The notes beneath the pieces were generated by a model. That model was not told the origin of the DNA, ran no database searches, and saw only the letters and a list, made by a program, of their open reading frames with translations. Shown piece by piece: positions 1 to 11,671 of a stretch of DNA of 64,000 bases; the stretch's first letter is position 1, and the number at the start of each line of letters is the position of its first letter. Made by a program: the position numbers and the translations under genes. Source of the DNA: Vicinamibacterales bacterium (GTDB lineage Bacteria > Acidobacteriota > Vicinamibacteria > Vicinamibacterales > CAVVIG01); assembly GCA_036489235.1 (NCBI GenBank), contig DASXGC010000038.1, positions 5,704 to 69,703 of the forward strand, given 5' to 3'.

Positions 1-878
1 ATGACGCTCCAGCCGGGCGCCTCGAGGTGAACCAGATACCGCCGCGATGGGTGGTCGGCTGTCCGTCCGGGACCGCCGTCAACTGCTGACGTAGACCCGG
101 ATTCTTGGCCGACGTCTGGCGGCATCTGAGCGAGCGGCGGCGGGACTGGCGCGGCCAGTCCGACGAGAAAGGGCGGTGCACCCGCGCGGCGGATCACATC
201 GCCGACCATCGGGCTGATGAACGCGAGGTCCAGGCCAGGCGCCTCGATCAACGCGGGCTCGCCCGGCAAGAGCGCATCGACACGGGTGGCGCCGATCGCC
301 GCGACCAAACGTGCGCGAAACACTTCATCAATCGCGTCGCTGCTCGCAGCAAAGGCGTCGGTCCGATTGAGAAGATCAGCTGGCGACCAGATTTCAGGAA
401 GCCACCCGGCGAGGACGAACGCCTCGGGCGGCCGCTCGCGGGCCAGTGTCACCCAGGCGTTGATGCCGGCAACGAACGCAGTCGCAATCGCTCTCGCATC
501 CGGACCGTAGCTCGCCCACTCGGCGTCGAGATTGCCGCGATACTGCACGCGGCGGCTCATCACATCCCGGGCAACGAAATTGGGGCCGAGGATCTGGGCG
601 AGGCGGCCCTGGCCGGCGCGACGCCACAGGTCCATCTGAAACAGGCGGTCCTGTGCCTGGACAAAGCCCTGCGCGAAGAATAGATCGTCACGATTATCGG
701 CGTAAATGTGCGGTACACCCGAGCGATCGCGGACGATGCGAACGGGGGACGAAAGACCGGACACCGCGAGCGTGCCGGACACCTGCGCGACTAAGGGTGG
801 TTGCGGAGGGGATGTGCGGCGGCAGGCCGCGGCCGAGAGTCCCACCAAACAGGAGATACCGAGAGTGAAAAACCACCG

Positions 879-884
<6 letters not shown>
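1..884 (-). CDS. penicillin acylase / acyl-homoserine-lactone acylase family (peptidase S45), N-terminal part; 3' end lies beyond window start
   Basis: Absent from the ORF track because it runs off the edge. My reverse-strand translation reads ...SPVRIVRDRSGVPHIYADNRDDLFFAQGFVQAQDRLFQMDLWRRAGQGRLAQILGP...ADHPSRRYLVHLEAPGWSV. DLFFAQGF..QDRLFQMDLWRR is the hallmark N-terminal motif of S45 acylases. An in-frame GTG at 884 gives a lipoprotein-like leader MPRWFFTLGISCLVGLSAAAC; this start is tentative. Confidence 0.8.
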
Positions 885-2401
<1,517 letters not shown>

Positions 2402-2478
2402 GGGGTCTATTTTACGGGCGCCAGCCCCTCCGTCCAACATCTTTGCGACGAAGGGGCCGTTTGGCGCGATGAAGGGGA

Positions 2479-4158
2479 CTACCTGACCGTCGGATATGAA
2501 ATTCCGAGCTGTTCCAGGTAGTTCTTGTACTTAGTCGGGTCGTAGTAGTACTTTTTCATCTCCGGCCGGTATTTCGCCATCGTCTCGGTATTCAGCCAAA
2601 TCGCCGGCTTGTCGTCCGGACGGATCAGCGGGACGTACTTCGTCGTCTTGGTCTGGACGTTCTTGAAGTAATCCCACGCCTGCGTCGTCAGTTCCGGCCG
2701 CATCAGGAAATCGATCACCGTCAGCGCCACGACTTTCGCGCCGACCTGAATGCCTTTGTGCGCGATCGGCGTCGCCATCGAAATCGCGTTGGCCCAGTTG
2801 TGACCCGGACCGGCGGCCATGTTCGACGGATAGCGCAGTGTCACCGTCGGCACGTTCCACGAGATGTCGCCGATATCGTCCGAACCGCCGCCGCGCTTTT
2901 CGTCGTCTGGAATCAGTTCGCGGCCGCGCAGCGCCGGCAGCTTCGTCGGCAGGCCGATCTCCGGCACCTTCAGCTCGTGCTGCAGCGAGTGCGCCAGCTT
3001 CTGATCCGCATCGGACCACGTCGGCAAGCCGACCTTCTCGATGTTGGCCTGCATCGTCTCGGCGATGGTCTTGTTGAAATGACCGGGCCATGCCGAGCCG
3101 AGCACGGTCGAGGTAACTTCGGTATCAGTCATCATCGTCGCCGCCTTGGCCATGCGGTCGCCGATTTCCCACAACTTCTTGATTTCCTCGTAGCTGGTTT
3201 CGCGAAAGTAGTACCAGACCGACGCGTTCGGCGGCACCACGTTCGGCTGATCGCCGCCGTTGGTGATGACATAGTGCGAGCGCTGCTGAATCCGCAAATG
3301 TTCTCGGCGGAAGTTCCAGCCGACGTCCATCAGTTCCACCGCGTCGAGCGCCGAGCGTCCGCGCCACGGTGCGGCAGCGGCGTGGGCGCTCTCGCCCTTG
3401 AATGCGTACTGAACAGAGATGAGGCCATTCTGATTGCCATCACCCCAGCTGACCGCCAGGTTGTCGCCGACGTGCGTGAAGATTGAGATGTCCACGTCTT
3501 TGAAGACGCCGGCGCGCACGTAGTAGGCCTTGGTGCCGACCAGTTCCTCGGCGACGCCAGGCCAGAGCATCAGCGTGCCCTGCAGGTGCTGCTGCTCCAT
3601 CACTTTCTTGACCGCCAACGCTGCGGCAATCTGCAGCGGCATGCCGGAGTTGTGACCTTCGCCGTGTCCCGGAGCCCCCTCGATCATCGGATCGTGGTAC
3701 GCGACGCCGGGCTTCTGCGATGCCTGGGGAATGTCATCGATGTCGGAACCGAGCGCGATCACCGGCTTGCCCGAACCCCACTTCGCCGTCCACGCCGTCG
3801 GAATCCCGGCGATGCCGTGGACGATCGTGAAACCGTTCTGGGCGAGGATGTCGGTCAGATACTTCGACGTCTCGAATTCCTGGAATCCGAGTTCACCGAA
3901 GCTGAACACCTGATCGTTCATCTTCTGGATGTTCTCGCCCATCGCGTCGACTTCCAGGCCGACGTTCTGCTTGTACTGATCCAGACGCGGATTCGACTGC
4001 GCCGGGGCCGACACCACGTTTCCTCTGGCAGAGACGGTTCCGACGCTCAGCGGAGTGCCCGGACTCGGCGCCTGCGACACGGGGCTGGCGGCAAGGGACA
4101 CGGCGACGAGCGCCACACCGCCGACGACCGACCACTTCACGAGGGATTTCACGCTCAT
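2479..4158 (-). CDS. secreted M20-family amidohydrolase (AbgB / aminobenzoyl-glutamate utilisation protein B-like), paralog 1
   Basis: ORF track 2479..4563 is over-extended by 135 junk codons. ATG at 4158, preceded by AGGAGCC, gives leader MSVKSLVKWSVVGGVALVAVSLAA. Motifs: GSDIDDIPQASQKPG, EGAPGHGEGHNSG, FKGESAHAAAAPWRGRSALDA. Confidence 0.85.
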   Translation of the reverse strand: MSVKSLVKWSVVGGVALVAVSLAASPVSQAPSPGTPLSVGTVSARGNVVSAPAQSNPRLDQYKQNVGLEVDAMGENIQKMNDQVFSFGELGFQEFETSKYLTDILAQNGFTIVHGIAGIPTAWTAKWGSGKPVIALGSDIDDIPQASQKPGVAYHDPMIEGAPGHGEGHNSGMPLQIAAALAVKKVMEQQHLQGTLMLWPGVAEELVGTKAYYVRAGVFKDVDISIFTHVGDNLAVSWGDGNQNGLISVQYAFKGESAHAAAAPWRGRSALDAVELMDVGWNFRREHLRIQQRSHYVITNGGDQPNVVPPNASVWYYFRETSYEEIKKLWEIGDRMAKAATMMTDTEVTSTVLGSAWPGHFNKTIAETMQANIEKVGLPTWSDADQKLAHSLQHELKVPEIGLPTKLPALRGRELIPDDEKRGGGSDDIGDISWNVPTVTLRYPSNMAAGPGHNWANAISMATPIAHKGIQVGAKVVALTVIDFLMRPELTTQAWDYFKNVQTKTTKYVPLIRPDDKPAIWLNTETMAKYRPEMKKYYYDPTKYKNYLEQLGISYPTVR

Positions 4159-4166
4159 CGAGGCTC

Positions 4167-5795
4167 CTATTTTGTCGCCGGCTTCACCGTCGTCGGATAC
4201 GTGATGCCGAGCTGTTCGAGATACGTCTTGTACTTCGTCGGGTCGTAGTAGTACTTCTTCATTTCGGGGCGGTACTTCTCCATCCGCTCCTTGTTCAGCC
4301 AGATCGCCGGCTGATCTTCGGGCCGGATGAGCGGGATGTACTTGGTCTCCTTGGTCTGGACGTTCTTGAAGTAGTCCCACGACTGCTGCACCAGCGCCGG
4401 CTGCGTCAGCAGGTCGATGACCGTCAGCGCCACGACTTTCGCGCCGTATTGAATGCCCTTGTGCGCGATCGGCGTCGCCATCGAAATCGCGTTGGCCCAG
4501 TTGTGACCCGGACCGGCCTGGATGTTCGACGGATAGTTCAGCGTCACCGTCGGCACGTTCCACGAGATGTCGCCGATGTCATCCGAGCCGCCGCCGCGCT
4601 TCTCATCGTCTGGAATCTTCTCGCGTCCGCGCAGCGGCCGAATCGTCGTCGGCAATCCGATTTCCGGCACCTTCATCTCGCGTTGGACGGCCTTCGCCAG
4701 CGACAGATCGGCTTCGCTCCACTGCGGCAGGCCGACCTTCTCGATGTTGGCGTGCATCGTCTCGGCGAGCGTCTTGTTGAAGTGACCGGGCCATGCCGAG
4801 CCGAGCACCTTCATCGTGTACTCGGTGTCGGTCATCATCGTGGCGGCCTTCGCCATGTTGTTGCCGATGTCCCAGAGGTGCTTGATCTCTTCGTAGCTGG
4901 TTTCGCGGAAGTAGTACCAGACCGACGCGTTCGGCGGCACCACGTTCGGCTGATCGCCGCCATTGGGAATGACGTAATGCGAACGCTGCTGAATGCGCAG
5001 ATGTTCGCGACGGAAGTTCCAGCCGACGTCCATCAGTTCGACCGCATCGAGCGCCGAGCGTCCGCGCCACGGTGCGCCGGCGGCGTGCGCGCTCTCACCC
5101 TTGAAGTCGTACTCGACCGAGATGAGTCCGTTGCCGCCGCTGTCGCCCCAACTGGTCTGCATGCCGGCGCCGACGTGGACGAAGATGCAGGCGTCCACGT
5201 CCTTGAACGCACCGGCGCGCACGTAGTACGCCTTGGTGCCGAGCAGTTCCTCGGCGACGCCCGGCCACAGTTTCAGCGTGCCCTGAAGGTGCTGCTGCTC
5301 CATCACCTTCTTGACGGCGAGCGCGGCCGCGATCTGAAGCGGCATGCCGGAGTTGTGGCCTTCGCCGTGGCCGGGCGCGCCTTCGATAATCGGCTCGTGC
5401 CACGCGACACCGGGCTTCTGCGACGCCTGCGGAATGTCGTCGATGTCGGAGCCGAGCGCGATGACCGGCTTGCCCGATCCCCACGTCGCCATCCACGCCG
5501 TCGGAATGCCGGCGAGATTCTCCTGAATCGTGAAGCCGTTCTGCTTCAGGATGCTCGTCAGGTACTTCGACGTCTCGAATTCCTGGAACCCGGGTTCAGC
5601 AAAGCTGAACACCATGTCGTTCCACTGCTGGATGTTCTCTTTCATGGCGTCGACTTCGAGCCCAACGTCGCGCCTGTACTGATCGGATTTCGGATTCTGC
5701 GCCGCGGCCGGCGCCGGTGTCGGCGATTGCGCGGCGGTCAGCGAGACGGTGGACGCAAGCGCGACACCGATCAACAGCAGTCGAGACGTACGCAT
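4167..5795 (-). CDS. secreted M20-family amidohydrolase (AbgB-like), paralog 2
   Basis: ORF track 4167..6029 is over-extended by 78 codons. ATG at 5795, preceded by GGAGGG, gives leader MRTSRLLLIGVALASTVSLTAAQ. It carries the same motif set as paralog 1, and its stop lies 8 nt before the paralog 1 start. Confidence 0.85.
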   Translation of the reverse strand: MRTSRLLLIGVALASTVSLTAAQSPTPAPAAAQNPKSDQYRRDVGLEVDAMKENIQQWNDMVFSFAEPGFQEFETSKYLTSILKQNGFTIQENLAGIPTAWMATWGSGKPVIALGSDIDDIPQASQKPGVAWHEPIIEGAPGHGEGHNSGMPLQIAAALAVKKVMEQQHLQGTLKLWPGVAEELLGTKAYYVRAGAFKDVDACIFVHVGAGMQTSWGDSGGNGLISVEYDFKGESAHAAGAPWRGRSALDAVELMDVGWNFRREHLRIQQRSHYVIPNGGDQPNVVPPNASVWYYFRETSYEEIKHLWDIGNNMAKAATMMTDTEYTMKVLGSAWPGHFNKTLAETMHANIEKVGLPQWSEADLSLAKAVQREMKVPEIGLPTTIRPLRGREKIPDDEKRGGGSDDIGDISWNVPTVTLNYPSNIQAGPGHNWANAISMATPIAHKGIQYGAKVVALTVIDLLTQPALVQQSWDYFKNVQTKETKYIPLIRPEDQPAIWLNKERMEKYRPEMKKYYYDPTKYKTYLEQLGITYPTTVKPATK

Positions 5796-5833
5796 CAGGA
5801 AGCCCTCCGGGAATGCGCGATTGTAGCGCATGT

Positions 5834-6883
5834 ATGATCGACGACATGACCGGTTTCGTGCCGCGCGCGTCCTTACAGAATGGTCACGCCATGACGTTGT
5901 ACGGGTGGGGCAACCCGCGATACTTCCCACAGCTGCCGGCACCGGTCCGCCGCTACTTCGACGTCGCGCGCGCGACGCGTGTTGTCGCTGATTGTCACTG
6001 GCAGGCGAAACCATGGACGTGTCCGACAATCGTGTTGCTTCACGGACTGAACGGATCGAGTCACGCGCACTACATGCGGGGCATTGCCGCGAAGGCGTTC
6101 GCGCGCGGCCTCAACGCCGTGCGCCTGAATCAGCGGAACTGCGGCGACACCGAGCACCTCGCCGACGGCCTCTTCCATTCGGGGCTGACCGGCGATGTCG
6201 CCCAGGTGGTCCACCAGCTGATCAACGTGGACGGACTGACGATGATCACCGTGGCAGGCTATTCCCTGGGTGGAAACCTGGCGCTGAAGCTGGCCGGCGA
6301 GTACGGTGACTACGCGCCGGCCGCGCTGCTCAGCATCGCGGCGGTGTCCCCGATCATCGAAATCGAGGAATGCACGCGGTCACTCGAGCGAAAAGAGAAC
6401 GTCGTGTACGAGTGGAACTTCATGCGCGATCTAAAACGGCGCATTCGGCGCAAGAACCAGCTGCAGCCCGGTCAGTACGATCTGAAGCGCCTCGATTCCG
6501 TGAAAACCGTTCGCCAGTTCGACGCCACCTATACCGCGCCCTATTTCGGGTTCCGCAGCGCTGAGGACTACTACCATCGCGCGAGCGCGCTTCGGGTGAT
6601 CGATCGCATCAGGGTCCCGACGCTCATCATCACCGCGGCAGACGACCCGTTCGTCCCGCCGTCGCCATTTCGCGATGCCAGACTGACCGGCAATCCGCAC
6701 ATCGACCTCCGGCTCTGCGCCCACGGCGGGCACTGTGGCTTCATCGGCGATCGATCGGGGATGGACGACGGTTACTGGGCGGAGGGACAGATACTCGACT
6801 TCGTCGACCGGAACGCAAAATACAGATTGCAAATTGCCGATTCCGGCCGCCGCGAGGAGCGCTCGTTACCGGCTACGGCTTGA
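5834..6883 (+). CDS. alpha/beta hydrolase, YheT/ABHD1-3 type
   Basis: [16 protein letters not shown], nucleophile elbow GYSLGGN, and late ADDPFVP ... HGGHCGF (Asp/His). Start taken at ATG 5834 (MIDDMTGF); 5846 is also possible. The upstream part of ORF 5717.. overlaps the divergent M20 gene. Confidence 0.8.
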   Translation: MIDDMTGFVPRASLQNGHAMTLYGWGNPRYFPQLPAPVRRYFDVARATRVVADCHWQAKPWTCPTIVLLHGLNGSSHAHYMRGIAAKAFARGLNAVRLNQRNCGDTEHLADGLFHSGLTGDVAQVVHQLINVDGLTMITVAGYSLGGNLALKLAGEYGDYAPAALLSIAAVSPIIEIEECTRSLERKENVVYEWNFMRDLKRRIRRKNQLQPGQYDLKRLDSVKTVRQFDATYTAPYFGFRSAEDYYHRASALRVIDRIRVPTLIITAADDPFVPPSPFRDARLTGNPHIDLRLCAHGGHCGFIGDRSGMDDGYWAEGQILDFVDRNAKYRLQIADSGRREERSLPATA

Positions 6884-8443
6884 TCCGCCGAGAATCGATC
6901 CCAGCGCGCCTCGGAGGATCGCGCGACCGACGCCGGAACCGACTGAGCGCGCGGCGCTTCTCGCCGCCGAGGTCAACAACCCATCGTGATGCCCGCCGCG
7001 CGGCCCGGTGGTACCGAGCAGGATGCCAGCCAGCGCGCCCGTGATCGCCGCGCCAGCGGCAGAGGCCTCGGCGCCGAATCCGCCGGTGGTCGCCGGCTGA
7101 GCTGTCCCACCGGCGCCAGTACCAGCCGGCGCAGACGGTGCGCTGACGGCCCCGGCCGCCGCCCCACGCGCCTTCAGCTTCTCGTACGCCGATTCCCGAT
7201 CGATCGCCGTCGCGTAATGGCCGTAAAGCGCCGCGTTTTGATCCTGGATCGCCTTACGCTCAGCAGGTGTAATCGGACCGATACGCGAGCCCGGCGCGGC
7301 AATCCAGGCGCGTTCGGTGACGGTGGGGCTGCCCTTCGCATCGAGCATCGACACCAGCGCCTCGCCAACGGCCAGCTCGCTGATCACGCGTCCCAGGTCG
7401 AGCGACGGATTCGGACGCAGGGTATCGGCAGCCGTCTTGACCGCTTTCTGATCGCGCGGCGTGAACGCCCGCAACGCGTGCTGCACCCGGTTGCCGAGCT
7501 GACCGAGCACGGTATCGGGCACGTCGGCCGGACTCTGCGTGACGAAATAGACGCCCACGCCCTTCGACCGGATCAGTCGGACGACCTGCTCAATCTTTTC
7601 GATCAGCGGTTGCGGTGCATCATTGAACAGCAGGTGCGCTTCGTCGAAGAAGAACACCATCACTGGCTTGTCCTGATCGCCGACCTCCGGCAACCGTTCG
7701 TACAGTTCTGACAGCATCCAGAGGAGGAACGTCGCGTACAGCTTCGGCGATCGGATCAACTCGTCTGCCGCCAGCACGTTGACCATGCCCCGGCCATGAC
7801 TGTCGGTCTGGATCAGGTCGTCGATGTCGAGCATCGGCTCGCCGAAAAACGCCGCACCGCCCTGCTGCTCAATCTCGAGCAGCGAACGTTGAATCGCGCC
7901 GATCGACGCGGTTGAAATGTTGCCGTAGGCGGTTGTGAACTGCGCCGCGTTGTCGCCCGCGTACTGCAGCACGGCGCGGAGATCCTTGATATCGAGGATC
8001 AACAACCCCTGATCGTCGGCGACCTTGAAGATGAGTGCGAGCACGCCCTGCTGAATGGGATTGAGGCCGAACAATCGGCCCAACATCAGCGGACCGAAGT
8101 GAGAAACCGTGGCACGAATCGGCGTGCCCTGCTTGCCGAACACGTCCCAGAACGCCACTGGATTCGCCGCGAACGCCGGCTCGGGCACGCCGGTGGACTT
8201 GAGCCGCTCCGCCATCTTCGGCGACATCGCGCCGACCTCGGCCACGCCCGATAGGTCCCCTTTCACGTCGGCGAGAAAGACCGGAACGCCGATCTGCGAG
8301 AAATGATCGGCGAGGACCTGCAGCGTCACGGTCTTGCCGGTGCCGGTCGCGCCGGTGACGAGTCCGTGACGGTTCGCCAGCGCCGGCAGAAACAGTACGT
8401 CCTCGCCAGCCTGAGTGCGCGCTACGACAAAGGGTTCAGCCAT
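6866..8443 (-). CDS. HerA/FtsK-like P-loop ATPase, DUF853 (YjgR) family
   Basis: Walker [11 protein letters not shown], Walker B-like [13 protein letters not shown], and a Gly/Ala-rich C-terminal tail. Its 3' end overlaps the convergent hydrolase gene by 18 nt. Confidence 0.85.
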   Translation of the reverse strand: MAEPFVVARTQAGEDVLFLPALANRHGLVTGATGTGKTVTLQVLADHFSQIGVPVFLADVKGDLSGVAEVGAMSPKMAERLKSTGVPEPAFAANPVAFWDVFGKQGTPIRATVSHFGPLMLGRLFGLNPIQQGVLALIFKVADDQGLLILDIKDLRAVLQYAGDNAAQFTTAYGNISTASIGAIQRSLLEIEQQGGAAFFGEPMLDIDDLIQTDSHGRGMVNVLAADELIRSPKLYATFLLWMLSELYERLPEVGDQDKPVMVFFFDEAHLLFNDAPQPLIEKIEQVVRLIRSKGVGVYFVTQSPADVPDTVLGQLGNRVQHALRAFTPRDQKAVKTAADTLRPNPSLDLGRVISELAVGEALVSMLDAKGSPTVTERAWIAAPGSRIGPITPAERKAIQDQNAALYGHYATAIDRESAYEKLKARGAAAGAVSAPSAPAGTGAGGTAQPATTGGFGAEASAAGAAITGALAGILLGTTGPRGGHHDGLLTSAARSAARSVGSGVGRAILRGALGSILGGSSRSR

Positions 8444-8465
8444 CAGCGCAATGATAAACCGAAGG

Positions 8466-9185
8466 TCATGCTGGTGCTGCTGACGGCAGTCCGAGATGCT
8501 GCATCAGAATGCGGGCGAACTCCGGTCCCTTGCCTTCGTCCTCGTGCTTGAAATAGACGAAGACGTCGCGGCAGGTCGAGGTCTCGCGCGCGATGGTGTC
8601 AGCCCAGCGCTTGATATCGTCGGGCGTGTAACCTTCGTCGCGCAGCCTGAAATAGGCGTAGTCAGCGGTAATCCTCACCGGCGCGGATAACTTCTCGCTG
8701 TCTGCGACGCACAACGCGAGGTTGCGTTTCGCGAGGCGCTCGAAGATATCCTCCTCCAGCCATGACACGTTCCGGAACTCGAACGCCGCGCAGACTCTCG
8801 GCGGCAGCTCTTCGAGAAATGCGTCGAACAGCGCAACGTCCTTCTTGAGATTCGGTGGCAGCTGAAACAACAGCGCGCCCAACTTGTCGCCGAGCGTTCC
8901 CGCTACCTGGCAGAAGCCGCTGACCAGCGACCCGCAGTTCTTGAGGCGGCTGTCATGCGTGATCCGCCGGGGCGCTTTCAGTGTCAGCTTATACGGCACC
9001 GGTGTCTGTGCCGCCCAGCCAGCCACCAGCTTTTCGGTCGGCATGCGGTAGAACGTGTAGTTGATCTCGACTGTGGGAAATCGGGCCGCGTAGTAGGGCA
9101 GCATCTTGGCCGCCGCCAGATCGGCCGGATAGAAATGGCCCTTCCACTCCGGGTAGTTGTAGCCAGATGTACCGGTCCAGATCAT
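8466..9185 (-). CDS. DUF72 (YecE-like) protein
   Basis: [20 protein letters not shown]...INYTFYRMP...[10 protein letters not shown] is the typical DUF72 pattern. Confidence 0.8.
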   Translation of the reverse strand: MIWTGTSGYNYPEWKGHFYPADLAAAKMLPYYAARFPTVEINYTFYRMPTEKLVAGWAAQTPVPYKLTLKAPRRITHDSRLKNCGSLVSGFCQVAGTLGDKLGALLFQLPPNLKKDVALFDAFLEELPPRVCAAFEFRNVSWLEEDIFERLAKRNLALCVADSEKLSAPVRITADYAYFRLRDEGYTPDDIKRWADTIARETSTCRDVFVYFKHEDEGKGPEFARILMQHLGLPSAAPA

Positions 9186-9227
9186 CGCTGCTCGTCCCCC
9201 AGGTCGGCCGACTGTAGACTAGATGAT

Positions 9228-10097
9228 ATGCGCGCTCCCATTCTTTTATTTCTCTGCCTGGCGGTCGCCGTGTCCGGGTGCAGCAAGGCGCCAGACCAGC
9301 GATCGTTCACCATGCAGGGCCAGGTGCAGTCAATTGATGCCGCTCGAAAACTCGCAGTCGTCAAGCACGAGGAGATCAAGGGCTTCATGCCGGCCATGAC
9401 GATGCCCTACGAGGTGCGCGAGCCGAAGGTCCTCGACGGCATCGCCGCAGGCGATCTCATCAACGCGACACTGGTCGTGGAGTCGAACGGCGCGTTTCTA
9501 ACCAACATCAAGAAAGTCGGATCGGCGCCGCTCGAGAAGCCGGTTGCCGACGCCAGCAATCCGCCGACCGCCTCGTCGGGTTTCGAGCTGCTCAAACCGG
9601 GCGATCAGGTCCCGAACGGAACGTTCAGGGACCAGGATGACAAAGTGCGGCACTTCAGCGACTTCAAAGGCACGCCGGTGGCGATGACGTTCATCTACAC
9701 CGAATGTCCGCTGCCGACTTTCTGCCCGCTGATCGATCGCCACTTCGCCGCGATTCAGACCAAATTGAAAGAAGACCCGGCACTGAAGGCGGTTCATCTC
9801 GTGACCGTGAGCTTCGACCCGGTCACCGATACGCCGGCGGTCCTCCTGAACCACGCGCGCCGGCTCGAGGCCGACCTGAATCGCTGGACGTTTCTGACCG
9901 GCGATCGCGACGATGTCGACAAGTTCGCGTCACGATTCGGCGTGCAGGTCTCACGCGCGCTCGACAACCCCAAAGACATCACCCACAACCTGCGCACCGT
10001 AATCATCGGCGCCGACGGCACGCTGCTCAAGACCTACACCGGCAACGACTGGACCGTGGATCAGGTGGTCGCCGACCTCAAGAGCATTGGCTCGTAA
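9228..10097 (+). CDS. lipoprotein: CusF-like copper-binding domain fused to SCO1/SenC thioredoxin-fold copper chaperone
   Basis: ORF track 8955.. is over-extended by 91 codons. ATG at 9228 gives lipobox LCLAVAVSGC. HEEIKGFMPAMTMPYEV is CusF-like. FIYTECPLPTFCP (CxxxC) plus a downstream ITHNLR His is the SCO motif. Confidence 0.85.
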   Translation: MRAPILLFLCLAVAVSGCSKAPDQRSFTMQGQVQSIDAARKLAVVKHEEIKGFMPAMTMPYEVREPKVLDGIAAGDLINATLVVESNGAFLTNIKKVGSAPLEKPVADASNPPTASSGFELLKPGDQVPNGTFRDQDDKVRHFSDFKGTPVAMTFIYTECPLPTFCPLIDRHFAAIQTKLKEDPALKAVHLVTVSFDPVTDTPAVLLNHARRLEADLNRWTFLTGDRDDVDKFASRFGVQVSRALDNPKDITHNLRTVIIGADGTLLKTYTGNDWTVDQVVADLKSIGS

Positions 10098-10758
10098 ACA
10101 GGATTCGACCGCCGCGTTCTCGCCGCGAGAGCGACGGCTGATCGCGCGACTGAAGACACCGGCAGCGGTCCAGCGCTACCTGAATGCGTTGCCCTACAAC
10201 CAGGAGCCGCACGGACGCGCGACCCTGCGCTCGTTCCGCGGGGTGGTCCGTGAAGGATGCGCGCATTGTCTCGAAGCCGCGCTCTTCGCTGCGGTCGTCC
10301 TCGAACAGCACGGCTACCCGCCGCTGGTCCTGAGCTTCGAGTCCATCGATCAGCTCGATCACGTGATCTTCGTGTATCAACGGCGCGGCCGCTGGGGATC
10401 GATCGCACGGTCGCGTGATCCCGGTCTGCACGGTCGCAAGCCGGTGTTCGCTACACCGCGGGCACTGGCGTTGAGCTACGCGGATCCGTACATCGACTTC
10501 ACCGGGCGGATCACTGGGTACGCGGTCGTGAACCTGGCCGACTCGATGGACGGCTACGATTGGCGGACGGCCGCCACCAACGTGTGGAAGGTGGAAAGAG
10601 TGCTGCTCGACTATCCGCACCGGCCGATTGCCTCGTCCGACCGGCGCGTCGACGCCTTGCGCGCCCGCTACCGCGCCTTCAGGGCCCGTTACGGCCGCAA
10701 GCCGTTGTACTACTCAAGACGGGACCGCTGGACGCCACTGCCGTCGGAATTTCGTTAG
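10087..10758 (+). CDS. hypothetical protein, possible transglutaminase-like / papain-fold Cys-His-Asp core
   Basis: TTG start overlaps the SCO stop by 11 nt. GC3 is high. REGCAHCLEAALFAAVVLEQHGYP ... LDHVIFVYQRRGRWGSIARSRD resembles the C...H...D layout of transglutaminase-like peptidases. The fold assignment is inference. Confidence 0.55.
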   Translation: MARKQDSTAAFSPRERRLIARLKTPAAVQRYLNALPYNQEPHGRATLRSFRGVVREGCAHCLEAALFAAVVLEQHGYPPLVLSFESIDQLDHVIFVYQRRGRWGSIARSRDPGLHGRKPVFATPRALALSYADPYIDFTGRITGYAVVNLADSMDGYDWRTAATNVWKVERVLLDYPHRPIASSDRRVDALRARYRAFRARYGRKPLYYSRRDRWTPLPSEFR

Positions 10759-10775
10759 CCGTTCAGCGGGTTGCA

Positions 10776-10968
10776 GCGGCCGGCTTCAGTCGGCAGGTCG
10801 TAGTGGCCCGGCTTCAGCCGGCCTTGAGGTCCGCCTGAAGGCGGACACTACGCACAGGTGGATGGTTGTAGTGGCCGGCTTCAGCCGGCCTTCGAGGTCC
10901 GCCTGAAGGCGGACACTACTCGTAGGTGGGCGGACACTTCCGCGTAGGTCGATCGCGTCGACGCGATC
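10776..10968. repeat. REP-like palindromic elements: about 2.5 tandem units (period 68 bp) plus an 18-nt perfect palindrome
   Basis: Unit 1 (10800-10851) and unit 2 (10868-10919) read gtagtggcc(c)ggcttcagccggcctt(c)gaggtccgcctgaaggcggacactac. Each holds two GC hairpins: ggccggc-ttca-gccggcc at 10873-10890 and gtccgcc-tgaa-ggcggac at 10897-10914. A degenerate half unit lies at 10776-10799. gatcgcgtcgacgcgatc at 10951-10968 abuts the stop of the minus-strand gene. The elements sit between convergent genes. Confidence 0.8.
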
Positions 10969-11269
10969 AGTCGAGATCGAAGTCGCGCATCGGCTTGGTG
11001 ACGGGTTCGGTACGCGCCTGCTGCAGCGCTTCGTCAAACCGCTTGGAAAGCACGTCGCCGCGGTTCTTCTCCGCCGTCACCGAACTCTGAAAGATCGCTT
11101 CCCGTCGCGCGGCTTCGTCGGCCAGAATGCGCTGCGCGTCGGACAACTCCGGCTTGTTGCCGCGGTCGGGCGCCTCGTGCGACACGACGCGGCCGAGGTT
11201 GGTGTCGATGACCAGGGTGGAATTGCAGCACGGGCAGTTCACTTCGATTTCCGACTTCAGGCGCGCCAT
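10967..11269 (-). CDS. small hypothetical protein with N-terminal CPCC motif
   Basis: MARLKSEIEVNCPCCNSTLVID... GC3 is high. Its start shares one nucleotide with the upstream stop (TGATG). Confidence 0.6.
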   Translation of the reverse strand: MARLKSEIEVNCPCCNSTLVIDTNLGRVVSHEAPDRGNKPELSDAQRILADEAARREAIFQSSVTAEKNRGDVLSKRFDEALQQARTEPVTKPMRDFDLD

Positions 11270-11670
11270 CAGCGTTTTCCTCCCACGTCCCCGAGAGCGC
11301 CCTTCAGGCCGCTCACCTCGAAGGCTTTCTTGATCTCGAGCGGCTTGCCGTCGGGCAGTGTCGCCGTCAGCCTCAGATCTTTGATCTGAGCGCGGCGAAA
11401 GTCGAATCGGTAGCCAAATCCGTTGATGAATGTGTTGAGCGGCGCCGTCAGCCGGCCACCGGCGGCGATCGACGGAATGGTGGCGCGGTAATAGGTGTTG
11501 AGCCAGATCTCGACGCCGGTCCAGTCCTGCGCCGAGCGGTTGTTGACGATCAGAGTGGCGCCGTCGAGAACCAGTGGATCAGGCGGGATACTGCGGCAGG
11601 AGGCGACTGCCAGGACACAGGCAATAGCGGCGAGGAACCCGCGGAGGCCGAGCCGGTCGGTGACGGTCAC
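11269..11670 (-). CDS. hypothetical lipoprotein
   Basis: Lipobox LAVASC. GTG at 11670 lies 1 nt after the desaturase stop; the ATG at 11715 in the ORF track would overlap the desaturase by 44 nt. Confidence 0.6.
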   Translation of the reverse strand: MTVTDRLGLRGFLAAIACVLAVASCRSIPPDPLVLDGATLIVNNRSAQDWTGVEIWLNTYYRATIPSIAAGGRLTAPLNTFINGFGYRFDFRRAQIKDLRLTATLPDGKPLEIKKAFEVSGLKGALGDVGGKR

Positions 11671-11671
11671 G

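Noticed and set aside
105-683. 192-aa + strand ORF and neighbouring small ORFs at the left edge
   Set aside because: The translation is Arg/Ala-rich. The opposite strand encodes an unmistakable S45 acylase motif in a frame open to the window edge, so these are antisense shadows.
6866-8443. HerA-like ATPase as part of an anti-phage defence system
   Set aside because: It is the housekeeping-type DUF853/YjgR architecture. Its neighbours (alpha/beta hydrolase, DUF72) are not known defence partners, and no nuclease, Sir2 or other effector is adjacent.
10560-11037. ORFs 10560-10838(+), 10628-10906(+) and 10786-11037(-)
   Set aside because: They are read-throughs of the REP-like hairpin repeats. 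Their similar peptide repeats simply mirror the DNA repeat.
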